Source: a bacterium (GTDB lineage Bacteria > JADJOY01). Taken from it: 64,000 bases of DNA. Under the pieces are notes generated by a model. That model saw only the letters and a program-made list of their open reading frames with translations. It did no database searches and was not told the origin of the DNA. How positions within the stretch are numbered: position 1 is the stretch's first letter; each line of letters opens with the position of its first letter. The stretch spans positions 186,001-250,000 of the forward strand of contig JAXLQJ010000001.1 in the NCBI GenBank assembly GCA_046331705.1, in the 5' to 3' direction. Below, piece after piece: positions 21,904-31,182 of this stretch. Both the position numbers and the translations under genes were made by a program.

Positions 21904-23199
21904 TCAGATTGGTGGACGCGCCGGCTCAATTTGGTCACCGCTGGCGCTTGGGCGCCAACGTCGTTCTCGCAACTGACCCACGACGACGATCGGCAACGCG
22001 AGCGCGACCAACCACGCCAGCGCTGCGGCGCCAGCGCCTGCGCCGCTGCCGCGAAGCACGTCCCGCGGGATTCGCCCGCAAACGGGGACGGAATCGTCGA
22101 GGACGATGTCGGTGAAGCTGCGATTGCCGCCCGCCACGACCGTCACCGGCACGGCGGTCGCAACGTCGTTGGGATTGGGCTCGGTTCCGCTCTCGGCGTC
22201 GCCGCTGAAGTAATCCGCCGGAAAGCTGCCGAAGTGCGTGAACTGCGTGAGGGCGCTGACTTGCAGGCTCGACACCGGGCCGTCGAGCGCCTCCACCCAC
22301 ACGTTGTAGTCGCCTGGGGGCAAGCCGGGGATGCGATAGACGCCGAGCTCCGGGCGGCTGTACGTGCCGACCACCATGCGGTTCGTGGCGCGCTCGCGCG
22401 CCACCACGTGCGTGCCGCGCGCGCCGTAGAGACCGAGCGGCGCCGAGCCGACCACGATGCGGCCCACGATGCCGCCGAACGTGGTGGCCTCCGACGGCTC
22501 GGGGTAGACGTTCGACACCCACGCGATGTCGTCTTGCTTGAGCTCGCGCCCGGCGAGCACGTCGTGGCCGATGTAGGGATACATCACCGCTTGCTCGGCG
22601 GGGCGCGGATTCTCGTCGTCGGCATCGTTTCGCACGGCCGAGTGGCAAAGGCCGATGTAATGACCCGCCTCGTGCGTGGCGATGGCCTGGATGTCGAGAC
22701 TGCCGAACGAGCCGTCGGTGGAATATTGGGGCTTCGGCGCGTCGTAGCCGAGCGGGATCGGATTGAAGAGCATGCTCGCTTCGACGATCTCGCCGGTGCC
22801 GGCCTCGGAGAGCGGCAGCGTGATCGCGAGCACGCCGACGGGAATGCCCACCGGGAGGAACGCGATGGGATTCACGCCGTCGAGCGCGAAGCCGTTCACC
22901 TTGGTGGTGTTGGGCCCGCGGAAGAGCTCGATCGACGCGGTGGGGACGTTCTGCCACGCCTCGAACGAGGCCGCGATGGCCGCCTGCCAGCCGTTGAGCG
23001 GATCGGGGCCGGCGACGTTCTCGGTGATGTTGTCGAGGTTGATGTTGTACATGACCGGGTCGGGGCGGCCGTCGCCATCCTTGTCCGGCCAAAACGGTGC
23101 GACCGTCTTCGAGGTCGTGTAGAGCCGCCCGCCGGCGTGCGCCGGCCGTGCCGCGACGCTCGCAAGCAGCGCGAGCGCGAGCGCGGTGAGTGCCCGCAC
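21904..23199 (-). CDS. Matrixin-family (metzincin) metalloprotease with carboxypeptidase-regulatory-like domain and C-terminal membrane anchor
   Basis: Signal peptide ending PAHA; HEAGHYIGLCH plus Met-turn AVMYP; IPGLPPGDY; hydrophobic tail followed by Arg. Confidence 0.82.
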   Translation of the reverse strand: MRALTALALALLASVAARPAHAGGRLYTTSKTVAPFWPDKDGDGRPDPVMYNINLDNITENVAGPDPLNGWQAAIAASFEAWQNVPTASIELFRGPNTTKVNGFALDGVNPIAFLPVGIPVGVLAITLPLSEAGTGEIVEASMLFNPIPLGYDAPKPQYSTDGSFGSLDIQAIATHEAGHYIGLCHSAVRNDADDENPRPAEQAVMYPYIGHDVLAGRELKQDDIAWVSNVYPEPSEATTFGGIVGRIVVGSAPLGLYGARGTHVVARERATNRMVVGTYSRPELGVYRIPGLPPGDYNVWVEALDGPVSSLQVSALTQFTHFGSFPADYFSGDAESGTEPNPNDVATAVPVTVVAGGNRSFTDIVLDDSVPVCGRIPRDVLRGSGAGAGAAALAWLVALALPIVVVGQLRERRWRPSASGDQIEPARPPI

Positions 23200-23282
23200 G
23201 GGTGCCGTTTCGTTGCGATCGGTGCGAACGCGGCGCCGCGGAAACGCTGCCCACCGGAAGAGCGTGACCGCCCTGCGGGATC

Positions 23283-23945
23283 TCATCGCGCGCCTCGCAG
23301 TGGCGCGACGCGCGCGATGGCCGCTCGTACCTGCTCGTGGAACGAGTCGATCGAAACCCGTCCATCCGCGCCGACGTTGCGCAGCCTGAGCATCTCGATC
23401 GCGCCCGATGCCGCGGGCGCCGCCTCGCCGCCCTCGCCGATCCCACCGGCGCGGCTCACCCACACCTGGCCGCTGGCGTCGTGATCGAGATCGAGCTTTC
23501 CCTGGAAGAGCCCGATAACCCCCCAGCTTCCATCGCCGAAGTCCTGCAGGAAGAGCACGCTCTCTCGGCCCGCCTCGAACGCCGCGCCGCCCGGCACGAT
23601 CGCCGCGTAGCGACCGTCGACGCCGCCAGGCTGAACCACGCGGAGCTCGCGCGGCGCCGCACCCTTCCACGAATCGAGGCGCGTGAAACGCGCTTGCGTG
23701 CGAATCACCAGCGGCCCCTCGGCGGCGGCGCCCTCGCGCGCCATTCGGCCCGAGCTCACTTCGTCGCAGCGCGCCACCACGATCGCATCCGCGAACCGCG
23801 CGAGCTGATCGAGGTCCATCGCGATCATCGTCGTCGCGCGGGCCGCAGGTATGCCCACCGCGGCGCTCAGCGCCATCGCAACGACAGCGAGGACCGCCCC
23901 CGCCGCTCGCCGCGCGCCGCCCCAACCACTTCTCGATCGATCCAT
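23283..23945 (-). CDS. Secreted hypothetical protein upstream of the matrixin gene
   Basis: Signal peptide then ATTMIAMDLDQLARFADAIVV, PGG..G, FEAG.E.VLFL; start could be 23969. Confidence 0.7.
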   Translation of the reverse strand: MDRSRSGWGGARRAAGAVLAVVAMALSAAVGIPAARATTMIAMDLDQLARFADAIVVARCDEVSSGRMAREGAAAEGPLVIRTQARFTRLDSWKGAAPRELRVVQPGGVDGRYAAIVPGGAAFEAGRESVLFLQDFGDGSWGVIGLFQGKLDLDHDASGQVWVSRAGGIGEGGEAAPAASGAIEMLRLRNVGADGRVSIDSFHEQVRAAIARVAPLRGAR

Positions 23946-24572
23946 GTCGCCCCTCGTGGCATCACGCATCGTGCCCTTCGAGCCTCTCGCAACCTTCCCC
24001 CATCCGCAACCCGCGCGCGTTCGGCATCGCGCCCCGACGCTCGGTGCCTCACACACCCTCGAGATGGCACCAACTCGACCCGGCCCCTCGGGACTCGCTC
24101 CGGGGCCGCTCGTGTTCGATTCTCACGCCCGTCGTTCTACTGGGCAGCACCAGAATTTTCCGCGGGAGGCTGAGTGAGCGGCGAATGGAGCTCATGCGGC
24201 CGAGCGCCACCGGGCACGGCACCACGCGAGTGATGGCGCCATCACGGAACGGAATCCAACGTGGCCCCCACGCGGCGGGATGGCGCGCATCCTCACCGAG
24301 CAGGCGCTCGAACCCGCGAGTCGCACGCCTTACATCGCCGTGGCCCGCCGCTGCCGGGACCGCGGCAAGACCAGGCCCCTTCACCACACGGAATCACCAC
24401 TCGAGGAGTCCGGCCGAGACCCCCGCGGCCGGCGCTCGCCGCGGGTCACGACGTCAGTCGAATCGGGTCCGCACGATCGAAGACCGTCCTGCACCATCGA
24501 GCCGTGTGCAGGTCGCGGGCACGTTGGACACGAGGCAGGGGCTGGAGCCTGGGTCCCGGTCACGCGGCGTGG

Positions 24573-25142
24573 TCACGCGGCGTGCTGGCGCCGCGCACGC
24601 AGCGGCCACACACTGCTTGCCTGCGGCCCCTTCTCGCCGGCCGCCTCCACGAAGCGAACCTCGCTTCCGGGCTCGAGGGACTCGAATCCGCCGTCGAGGA
24701 CGCTGTTCTCGTGGAAGTAGATCTCGCGGCCCTCGGCGGTCTGCAGAAAGCCGTAGCCCTCCGCCGAGAGCATCCGCGCGACGACGGCGACGTTCGGCTC
24801 GACGTGCCATTTCACGTGGCCCCGGCGCTTCCGCGCGTAGTCCTCGAGGCGACGCCGTACGGCGCGGAAGGTGTCGCGGATGGCCACGTAGACGTCCTCG
24901 TGTGCGTGGCGCCCCGCGGGATCGCGCCCAGCCACGATCTCACCGCCCGCCACGGTGAGGTCGACGCGCACGTGGAAGAGGTTCCCCTTGTGGTGGTGCC
25001 GGTGGGGAGATTCCACGAGCACGCGACAGGCCATGATTCCGCCGAAAAGCGAGTCGAGGCGCTCCATCTCTTGCTCGATTCGAGCACTCACGGCGTCCGA
25101 CGGGCTCATGTCGCGGAACGTGACCTGGAGCGGAATCTTCAT
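24573..25142 (-). CDS. HPF/RaiA ribosome-associated protein fused to cold-shock domain
   Basis: MKIPLQVTFRDM..SDA, HEDVYVAIRDTF; C-terminal GYGFL..EIYFHENSV..GEKGPQAS. Confidence 0.9.
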   Translation of the reverse strand: MKIPLQVTFRDMSPSDAVSARIEQEMERLDSLFGGIMACRVLVESPHRHHHKGNLFHVRVDLTVAGGEIVAGRDPAGRHAHEDVYVAIRDTFRAVRRRLEDYARKRRGHVKWHVEPNVAVVARMLSAEGYGFLQTAEGREIYFHENSVLDGGFESLEPGSEVRFVEAAGEKGPQASSVWPLRARRQHAA

Positions 25143-25186
25143 GGCTTTCTCCTCTCGATTCGCATTCCCCTTCACTCGATGGAAGT

Positions 25187-25202
25187 AGCGCACCGCGTGC
25201 CA
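25187..25202 (-). promoter_or_regulatory. Possible sigma54 promoter for the HPF-CSD gene
   Basis: Minus strand TGGCACG-N4-GCGCT, about 45 nt upstream of ATG 25142. Confidence 0.4.
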
Positions 25203-25378
25203 AGGCGGGCGCCGCCGATCTCCCATTCGCTCCGCACACATGCGGCGATCGACCGCAGCGTCCGGATGCAACCCGTGACCTGCGCGTCCGGCGATGTCAC
25301 CGTCCGGTGCCCGCGCCGACCCTCGGACCGTGACTTCCGCCCGCGACGCCTGGCACGCCGCTTGATGCGTTTCGCGCC

Positions 25379-26089
25379 GTGGCTCTCACGCGGCGCATCT
25401 TCCTGCGCGTAGCCGCCGTCGCTCCCGCGCTCGCCCCGGTGCTGGTCGAGGTCGCGTGTGGCGGTGGCGAGAGCGGCGCCGCGGGAGCTGCGGCTGGGTT
25501 CCTCACGCGCAGGGAGCGTTCGATCTTGGACGCCGCCCTCGCTGTCATGATCCCGACCGACCAGGACCCGGGCGCTCACGAGGCGCGGGTGGTCGACTAC
25601 GTCGACGGCCTCCTCGCCGCCTTCGCCACCGATCCGCCCCGGATCTACGCCGGTGGTCCGCTGAGCGGCCGCCACGGCGGCGCCGACGAGTTTCGCCACT
25701 TCCTGCCGCTCAGCCGTGCCCAGGAGCTGGCGTGGCGGATCCGCATCGAGGGCTCGCGCGGCCTCGCCGAGCGCGAGTTCAACGGCCCGGTGAAGGGCTG
25801 GCAGGCGCTCTATCGCGAGGCCCTGGCGCGCCTCGACGAGCAAGCGCTCGCCCGCCACGACGTGCCGTTCGACGTCCTGACGCTCGACGAGCGCAGCGCG
25901 TTGCTCACGGCGGCCGACGTCGACTTCCAGCGCACGCTCTACCAGCACGCCTGCGAGGGCATGTACGGCGACCCCGTCTATCGCGGCAATGCCGGCTCGG
26001 TCGGCTGGACGTTCATCCGCTACGAAGGGGATCGCCAGCCCGTCGGCTACGACCGCCGTGCGATGGAAGAGCGCGACGAGGGCGGATGA
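25379..26089 (+). CDS. Gluconate 2-dehydrogenase subunit 3 family (Tat-exported)
   Basis: LTRRIFL twin-arginine motif, PGAHEARVVDYVD, EGMYGDPVYRGN..GW..I.Y.G. Confidence 0.85.
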   Translation: MALTRRIFLRVAAVAPALAPVLVEVACGGGESGAAGAAAGFLTRRERSILDAALAVMIPTDQDPGAHEARVVDYVDGLLAAFATDPPRIYAGGPLSGRHGGADEFRHFLPLSRAQELAWRIRIEGSRGLAEREFNGPVKGWQALYREALARLDEQALARHDVPFDVLTLDERSALLTAADVDFQRTLYQHACEGMYGDPVYRGNAGSVGWTFIRYEGDRQPVGYDRRAMEERDEGG

Positions 26090-27819
26090 TGGGCGGCGCC
26101 GTCGAATACGTGGTGGTCGGCAGCGGCGCGGGCGGCGGCGTCGCGGCCATGGTTCTCGCCCAATCCGGCCACGGCGTGGTGCTGCTGGAACGCGGCCGCA
26201 ACCCGTTCCTCGGGCTCGAGCGGCGCGACGGCATCGAGCGTGTGCTGCTCTCGAACGACGAGCTCAAGGGGCTCAGGAACTTCCTCAACCAGGACCCGCT
26301 CACCGATCCGCGCACCTTCCGCCCCAGCACCTCTTCCGGCGACCGAACCTTCACCGGAGCCGTCCAGCCACTCCCCTTCGCCGTGGGCGGCGGGACGCTC
26401 ACCTACGACGCCGACTCGCCGCGGCCGCTGCCGGAGGACTTCCGGTTCCTCTCGACCTGGGGCGCGGTGCCGGGCGCGGAGGTGGTGGATTGGCCGCTCG
26501 GTTACGACGATCTCGAGCCCTACCTCTCGGAGGTCGAGTGGGTGCTGGGCGTCCAGGGCGATGCCGCCGCCAACCCGTTCGAGCCGCGTCGCTCCGCGCC
26601 CTACCCGATGCCACCCGGCTACCTGAAGCACGATGCGCTGCTGATCGCCGCCGGAGCCGAGCGCATGGGGCTCCATCCGTTCCCCACGCCACAAGCGATC
26701 AACTCGATGGCCTATCGCGGCCGCCCGTCGTGCGCGAGCTGCGGCTTTTGCCCTTACGGTTGCCCGATCAACGCCAAGGGCTCCACCGCCGTCACCGCCA
26801 TCCGCGACGCGCTGCTCACGGGCCGCTGCGAGCTGCGCGCCGAGTGTCTCGCGACGCGGCTCGTGACCGATTCCGCCGGCAAGCGTGTCACGGGGGTCGA
26901 GTACCTCGACCCCTCCGGCAGGCTGCGCGTGCAGGAAGCGGGCGGCGTCTTGCTCGCGTGCAATCCCATCGAGACCGTGCGGTTGCTTCAGCTCTCGGCG
27001 TCGTCGCTTCATCCCGACGGTCTCGGGAACTCGAGCGGATGGCTCGGCCAGTGCCTGATGTTCCACATCAACTTCATGGCGGTGGGTGTCTTCGACCACC
27101 GCCTCCACGGCTATCGAGGCCGGCCCGTCACGCTCGAGATCGCGGACTTCCGCCGCAACCTCGCGGACGATCCGAACTACCTCTTCGGCGGCGTCGTGGA
27201 GCTGGGCGCGCGCCTCGACCCCATCCAGGAAGCGCTCAACTACACCTGGGGCCCGCTCCACAAGACGCTGATGCGAGAGAGCTGGTTCCGCGACAAGCTC
27301 ACGGCCACCGCGATGGTGGGCGAGGACATGCCGGTGCGAAGCAATCGCATCGACTTCGATCCGCGCGTACGCGACGCATGGGGACGTCCCGCGCCACGCA
27401 TCACCTACCAGAACCACCCGCGCGACCTCGCCGTGGAGAGCTACTTCCGGCCCAAGCTCGAGGAGATGATGCGTCTCGCCGGCGCAGACCTGGTGTTCGG
27501 CGTGAACATCAACGTGCGCAGCGGCGGGATCCCCAGCACCAACCACATCCTGGGCGGAGCGCGCATGGGTACGGACCCCGGCGCGTCGGTGACGGACTCG
27601 TGGGGTCGCTTCCACGACCTCGAGAACCTGTGGTGCGTCGACGGCAGCACCTGGCCCACGTCCACCGGCGTGAATCCCACGCTGACGTTCCAGGCGCTCG
27701 CGTATCGAACCGCCGCGAGCGTCGTCGATCCCGCGGACCCGGCGCGCGTGCTTGCCTCCATCGGCATCTCGCCCGTCGCCGCGGCACGGCGGGCGGCCGC
27801 GCGGGCGAGCGTGCCGTGA
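26086..27819 (+). CDS. GMC family flavoprotein dehydrogenase
   Basis: VVVGSGAGGG, VGGGT, CASCGFCPYGCP..AKGS, HILGGARMG, GVNPTLT; ATGA overlap. Confidence 0.9.
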   Translation: MMGGAVEYVVVGSGAGGGVAAMVLAQSGHGVVLLERGRNPFLGLERRDGIERVLLSNDELKGLRNFLNQDPLTDPRTFRPSTSSGDRTFTGAVQPLPFAVGGGTLTYDADSPRPLPEDFRFLSTWGAVPGAEVVDWPLGYDDLEPYLSEVEWVLGVQGDAAANPFEPRRSAPYPMPPGYLKHDALLIAAGAERMGLHPFPTPQAINSMAYRGRPSCASCGFCPYGCPINAKGSTAVTAIRDALLTGRCELRAECLATRLVTDSAGKRVTGVEYLDPSGRLRVQEAGGVLLACNPIETVRLLQLSASSLHPDGLGNSSGWLGQCLMFHINFMAVGVFDHRLHGYRGRPVTLEIADFRRNLADDPNYLFGGVVELGARLDPIQEALNYTWGPLHKTLMRESWFRDKLTATAMVGEDMPVRSNRIDFDPRVRDAWGRPAPRITYQNHPRDLAVESYFRPKLEEMMRLAGADLVFGVNINVRSGGIPSTNHILGGARMGTDPGASVTDSWGRFHDLENLWCVDGSTWPTSTGVNPTLTFQALAYRTAASVVDPADPARVLASIGISPVAAARRAAARASVP

Positions 27820-28409
27820 CTGGGCACGCCAGTCGCTGGCTCGCCGCGCTGGCGGCCTCGTCGCTGGCGGTGTCGGCGGGCTGCAACGGCGGCGACGCTC
27901 GCGCCCAGGCGGAATGCGCTGGCTGCCACGACGACGTCGTCGCGCGCTTCGCCGTCGAATCGTCCCACTCGCTGCTCTACGAATGCAGCTTCTGCCACGC
28001 GCCCACGAGGCTACCGCCGGGCCCGGGCCACCACGCGATCCTCGATTGCGCCGACTGTCACAGCGAGGCGACCCATCCGCCCGTGGACGAGCCCGAGGAC
28101 TGGCCCGTCTGGCCAGGCTGTGTCGGCTGCCACGATCCCCACGGCTCACCCAATCTGCGCCTGATTCGCGCGGACGTGGGCCCCTCGAGCGCCGTCGCTT
28201 TCTCGAGCTTCGCCGGCTACGCCGCGGGCAGCTACGCGGAACCGAGCGCCCCGGGCGAGCCCGGACGAGGCGCGGGCACGGGACTTTGCGAGGTCTGCCA
28301 CGACGCGACGCTCACGTATCGTCGCGACGGTCGGGGCCTCGCGCACCACGGCGAACGCTGCACCGACTGTCACTCGCACGCCGCGGGCTTCCGCGCCGCG
28401 CGCGACTGA
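27816..28409 (+). CDS. Hexaheme cytochrome c, probable lipoprotein
   Basis: Six CxxCH (CAGCH, CSFCH, CADCH, CVGCH, CEVCH, CTDCH); lipobox-like VSAGC; GTGA overlap. Confidence 0.82.
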   Translation: MTGHASRWLAALAASSLAVSAGCNGGDARAQAECAGCHDDVVARFAVESSHSLLYECSFCHAPTRLPPGPGHHAILDCADCHSEATHPPVDEPEDWPVWPGCVGCHDPHGSPNLRLIRADVGPSSAVAFSSFAGYAAGSYAEPSAPGEPGRGAGTGLCEVCHDATLTYRRDGRGLAHHGERCTDCHSHAAGFRAARD

Positions 28410-28498
28410 CGGCGCGTCGAACGAGCGGCGGCGCTCGCAGGCGCTCCACGTGACGGGAAATGCCGCGCGCCGATGGGCGCGCGGCGCATTCCATTCGC

Positions 28499-30808
28499 TC
28501 AGGGCGTGTGCGTCTCGGGCGCGTGAACCGGCTGGCTCACCGTGGTGCGCGGTCCCGCCGGCCGCGGTGCTTCCGCCGCCGGGGTACGGAGCCGAGAGGC
28601 CATCGCGTAGATGATGAGCGCCAAGAGCACCACGCCCACGCCGAAGAACGTGTACCCGAACGAGCGGTGGATGTTCTTCCAGCCCTGCCAGTCGTCCCGC
28701 ACGCGGTAGTCGTCGATCCGCTTCTCCGCCACCAGCCGGTCGTACCAGCGCTTGCGCTCGTGGAGCATCTCGGTCTTCGAGATGCGACCCGAGAAGATCA
28801 CCGTGTCCATCGGGAACTTCTCGAGGCGGAAGTGGGTGTTGAAGAAGTGGAACGTGAAGATGAAGCCGGCCGCGAGCAGCGCCTCGTCCGAGTGGACGAC
28901 CAGCGCCAGGTTGATGATCCAACCTGGTAGGAACTTCGTGAAGAATACCGGGAACCACATGATGAGGCCCGAGAAGCCGATCACCGCGACGCCCCAGAAC
29001 ACACCGAAATAGTCGAATTTCTCCCAGTAGGTCCAGCGGTCGAATTGCGGGCGCGGACCCTTGCCGAAGAACCATTTCTGGTGGGCGACGAAATCGCGCC
29101 AATCCTGCGCCGTGAGCATCATCGAGTCGGGCCCGAAGACCACGTTCCACATGCGGCGGATGCGGAGCTTGCCGGTCTCGGGATCACGCAGGTCCTTGCC
29201 GTGGCGAATCAGCGTGAGGACGATCTCGATCACGTGCACCGTGAACGTGACGAACATGATGAACGCGGCGAAATGGTGCATCGTGCGCGCGACGGCGGCG
29301 CCGCCGAAGAGCGCGAAGATCGTCTGCGCCCAGCCCGCGTCGTAGAACTTGAGCGGCATGCCGGTGATCACCAGCAACAGGAAGCTCGACACCAGCATGA
29401 AGTGCAGCATTCGCTGCACCGGCAGGAATCGCGTGAACCACTCGTCGCCGATCTGGGTTTGGATCTTCGCCTCGCGGAAGGTCTTCGAGTCCGTGAGGAA
29501 GAGGTAAACGGACCGGAACAGCCAGAAGAGCGTGTGCAGACCGAAGAAGCCGAACGTGCCGATCAAGAGCGAGGTCATGAAGACGAACGTCATGTGCAAC
29601 GCCGGGTAATTCTTGGAATCCATGTGGTTCGCGTGCGGGATGTATTGCGTGAACCCGGGCGTCGCGCCTGGATGGCACTTCTGACAAGTCTTCAAGATGT
29701 TCGCGGGCGAGAGGTGTGACGCCGGATCGGATTGCTTGCGGACGTCGTGATAGCCGTGACAGTCGAAGCACGCCGCGACCGCGGAGGCACGATTCGGCTG
29801 GCCGAGCGCCATCGCCTTGCCGTGGTACGTCTCGCGATAGTGAGCGAGGCGGTCTTCGTGGCAACCGCCGCAGCGTTCGTCGCTCACGACCTTCTTGAAG
29901 TTCCCGGTGCCCTCCGGTGAGGTGATCTCGTGAGCGCTGTGGCAGTCGCTGCACACGGGTCCGCGCGGATCGCCCTTGGCCAGCAGCTCGCCGTGAATGC
30001 TGCCCTCGTAGGTCTTCTCCACCGTGACGTGGCACTTGCCGCAGGTCTTCGCGATGTTGGCGTGATTGATGGGCGAGCTTCGGTCGACGGCACGGCGAAT
30101 GTTGTGGACGCCGTGGCAATCGTTGCAGGACGGCGCCACGATCAAGCCCATCTTGAGCAGCGCGTGGCCGTGGATGCTTTCCGAGTACTGATCCGGCGCC
30201 TCCGGGTATCGCATCCGGTATTCCTTGGTGAGCCCCGGATTCGAGTGGCAGGTGGAGCAGGTGCTCGGCAGATTCATCTTGTAGACACGTGAAGCCGGAT
30301 CGTCGGCGGCGAGGATGTCGTGCTTGCCGTGGCAATCGGCGCAACCGGCCGCGGCCGAGGCGCCCATCGACTTGCTCATGCCGTGGATGCTGTTCGCGTA
30401 CTCCTTCGCCTCGTCTTCGTGGCAGCTCGCGCAATCGACCTTGGGCAGCGTGTCCTCGTGCGGAACCTCGGTGAGCGTGGTGTGGCAGTCGACGCACGAG
30501 AGCGAGCCGTGCACCGACGCCTCGAACTTCTTGGGGTCGGTGTAGACCGAGATTTCCTTGCCATCGGCGAGCGTCTCCGTGAGCTTCTCGTCGTCGTGGC
30601 AGTTGAAGCAGTCCTCGTTCGCGAGGGGTGGCTCCTCGGGCTCGGCTGCGTCGTCGGTGGTGGCAGCGGCGGGCTCGGCCTTCGCGATGGCCGTTGCAGG
30701 GGCCTTGGCAGGTGCTGCTGGCTTGGAGGCGGTGGCGGCCGTGGCACCGCTGCCGAGAACGACGGCCAGCAGGGCGGCCGCCCATCGATGCGGTTTGAGC
30801 GTGCGCAT
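28499..30808 (-). CDS. Multiheme cytochrome c fused to cytochrome b domain (CbcL-like)
   Basis: Signal peptide, 11 CxxCH motifs, then TM region with RMLH, RTMHH, WEKFDY..VFWG, HSDEALLA..FIFTFHFF. Confidence 0.88.
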   Translation of the reverse strand: MRTLKPHRWAAALLAVVLGSGATAATASKPAAPAKAPATAIAKAEPAAATTDDAAEPEEPPLANEDCFNCHDDEKLTETLADGKEISVYTDPKKFEASVHGSLSCVDCHTTLTEVPHEDTLPKVDCASCHEDEAKEYANSIHGMSKSMGASAAAGCADCHGKHDILAADDPASRVYKMNLPSTCSTCHSNPGLTKEYRMRYPEAPDQYSESIHGHALLKMGLIVAPSCNDCHGVHNIRRAVDRSSPINHANIAKTCGKCHVTVEKTYEGSIHGELLAKGDPRGPVCSDCHSAHEITSPEGTGNFKKVVSDERCGGCHEDRLAHYRETYHGKAMALGQPNRASAVAACFDCHGYHDVRKQSDPASHLSPANILKTCQKCHPGATPGFTQYIPHANHMDSKNYPALHMTFVFMTSLLIGTFGFFGLHTLFWLFRSVYLFLTDSKTFREAKIQTQIGDEWFTRFLPVQRMLHFMLVSSFLLLVITGMPLKFYDAGWAQTIFALFGGAAVARTMHHFAAFIMFVTFTVHVIEIVLTLIRHGKDLRDPETGKLRIRRMWNVVFGPDSMMLTAQDWRDFVAHQKWFFGKGPRPQFDRWTYWEKFDYFGVFWGVAVIGFSGLIMWFPVFFTKFLPGWIINLALVVHSDEALLAAGFIFTFHFFNTHFRLEKFPMDTVIFSGRISKTEMLHERKRWYDRLVAEKRIDDYRVRDDWQGWKNIHRSFGYTFFGVGVVLLALIIYAMASRLRTPAAEAPRPAGPRTTVSQPVHAPETHTP

Positions 30809-31182
30809 GGTTGCGTCTTCCCCGGAGAACGAGGCGGAGCTGGGGGTGGCGTCATCGCCTTCGCAATCGCGATGCCGTGAGTCATCGACGCGCACGCACC
30901 GGGCAAGAGCTGCCGCCCGGACACGACGACCCACCAGGGATGGTGGGTGGTCGGCCCGCACGAGCTCAAATGTGGAGCTTGGGGTGGCAGCGGGCCGCGT
31001 GGGCGGGCCCGCGCTGGTAACGGCGAAAAGTCAGCCCGAGGAGAGCGGCACCGATTCGTAACGGGCCGAGAAGGCTGCGGGAGCGGCTGCCTCCCATGTC
31101 GAAACGATTCGCGGTTGCCTTGCCCTCGCTGCGACGCGCTCGATTCGCAATCGGCACGCTGCGGCTCGAGGCGCCGTAGTTC

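Noticed and set aside
24060-24570. ncRNA or small gene in the 500-bp intergenic gap
   Set aside because: No recognisable RNA motif, RBS-led ORF or repeat
25351-25366. Sigma54 promoter TGGCACG-N4-TTGAT before the dehydrogenase operon
   Set aside because: The -12 element is GA rather than GC and the site is very close to the predicted start
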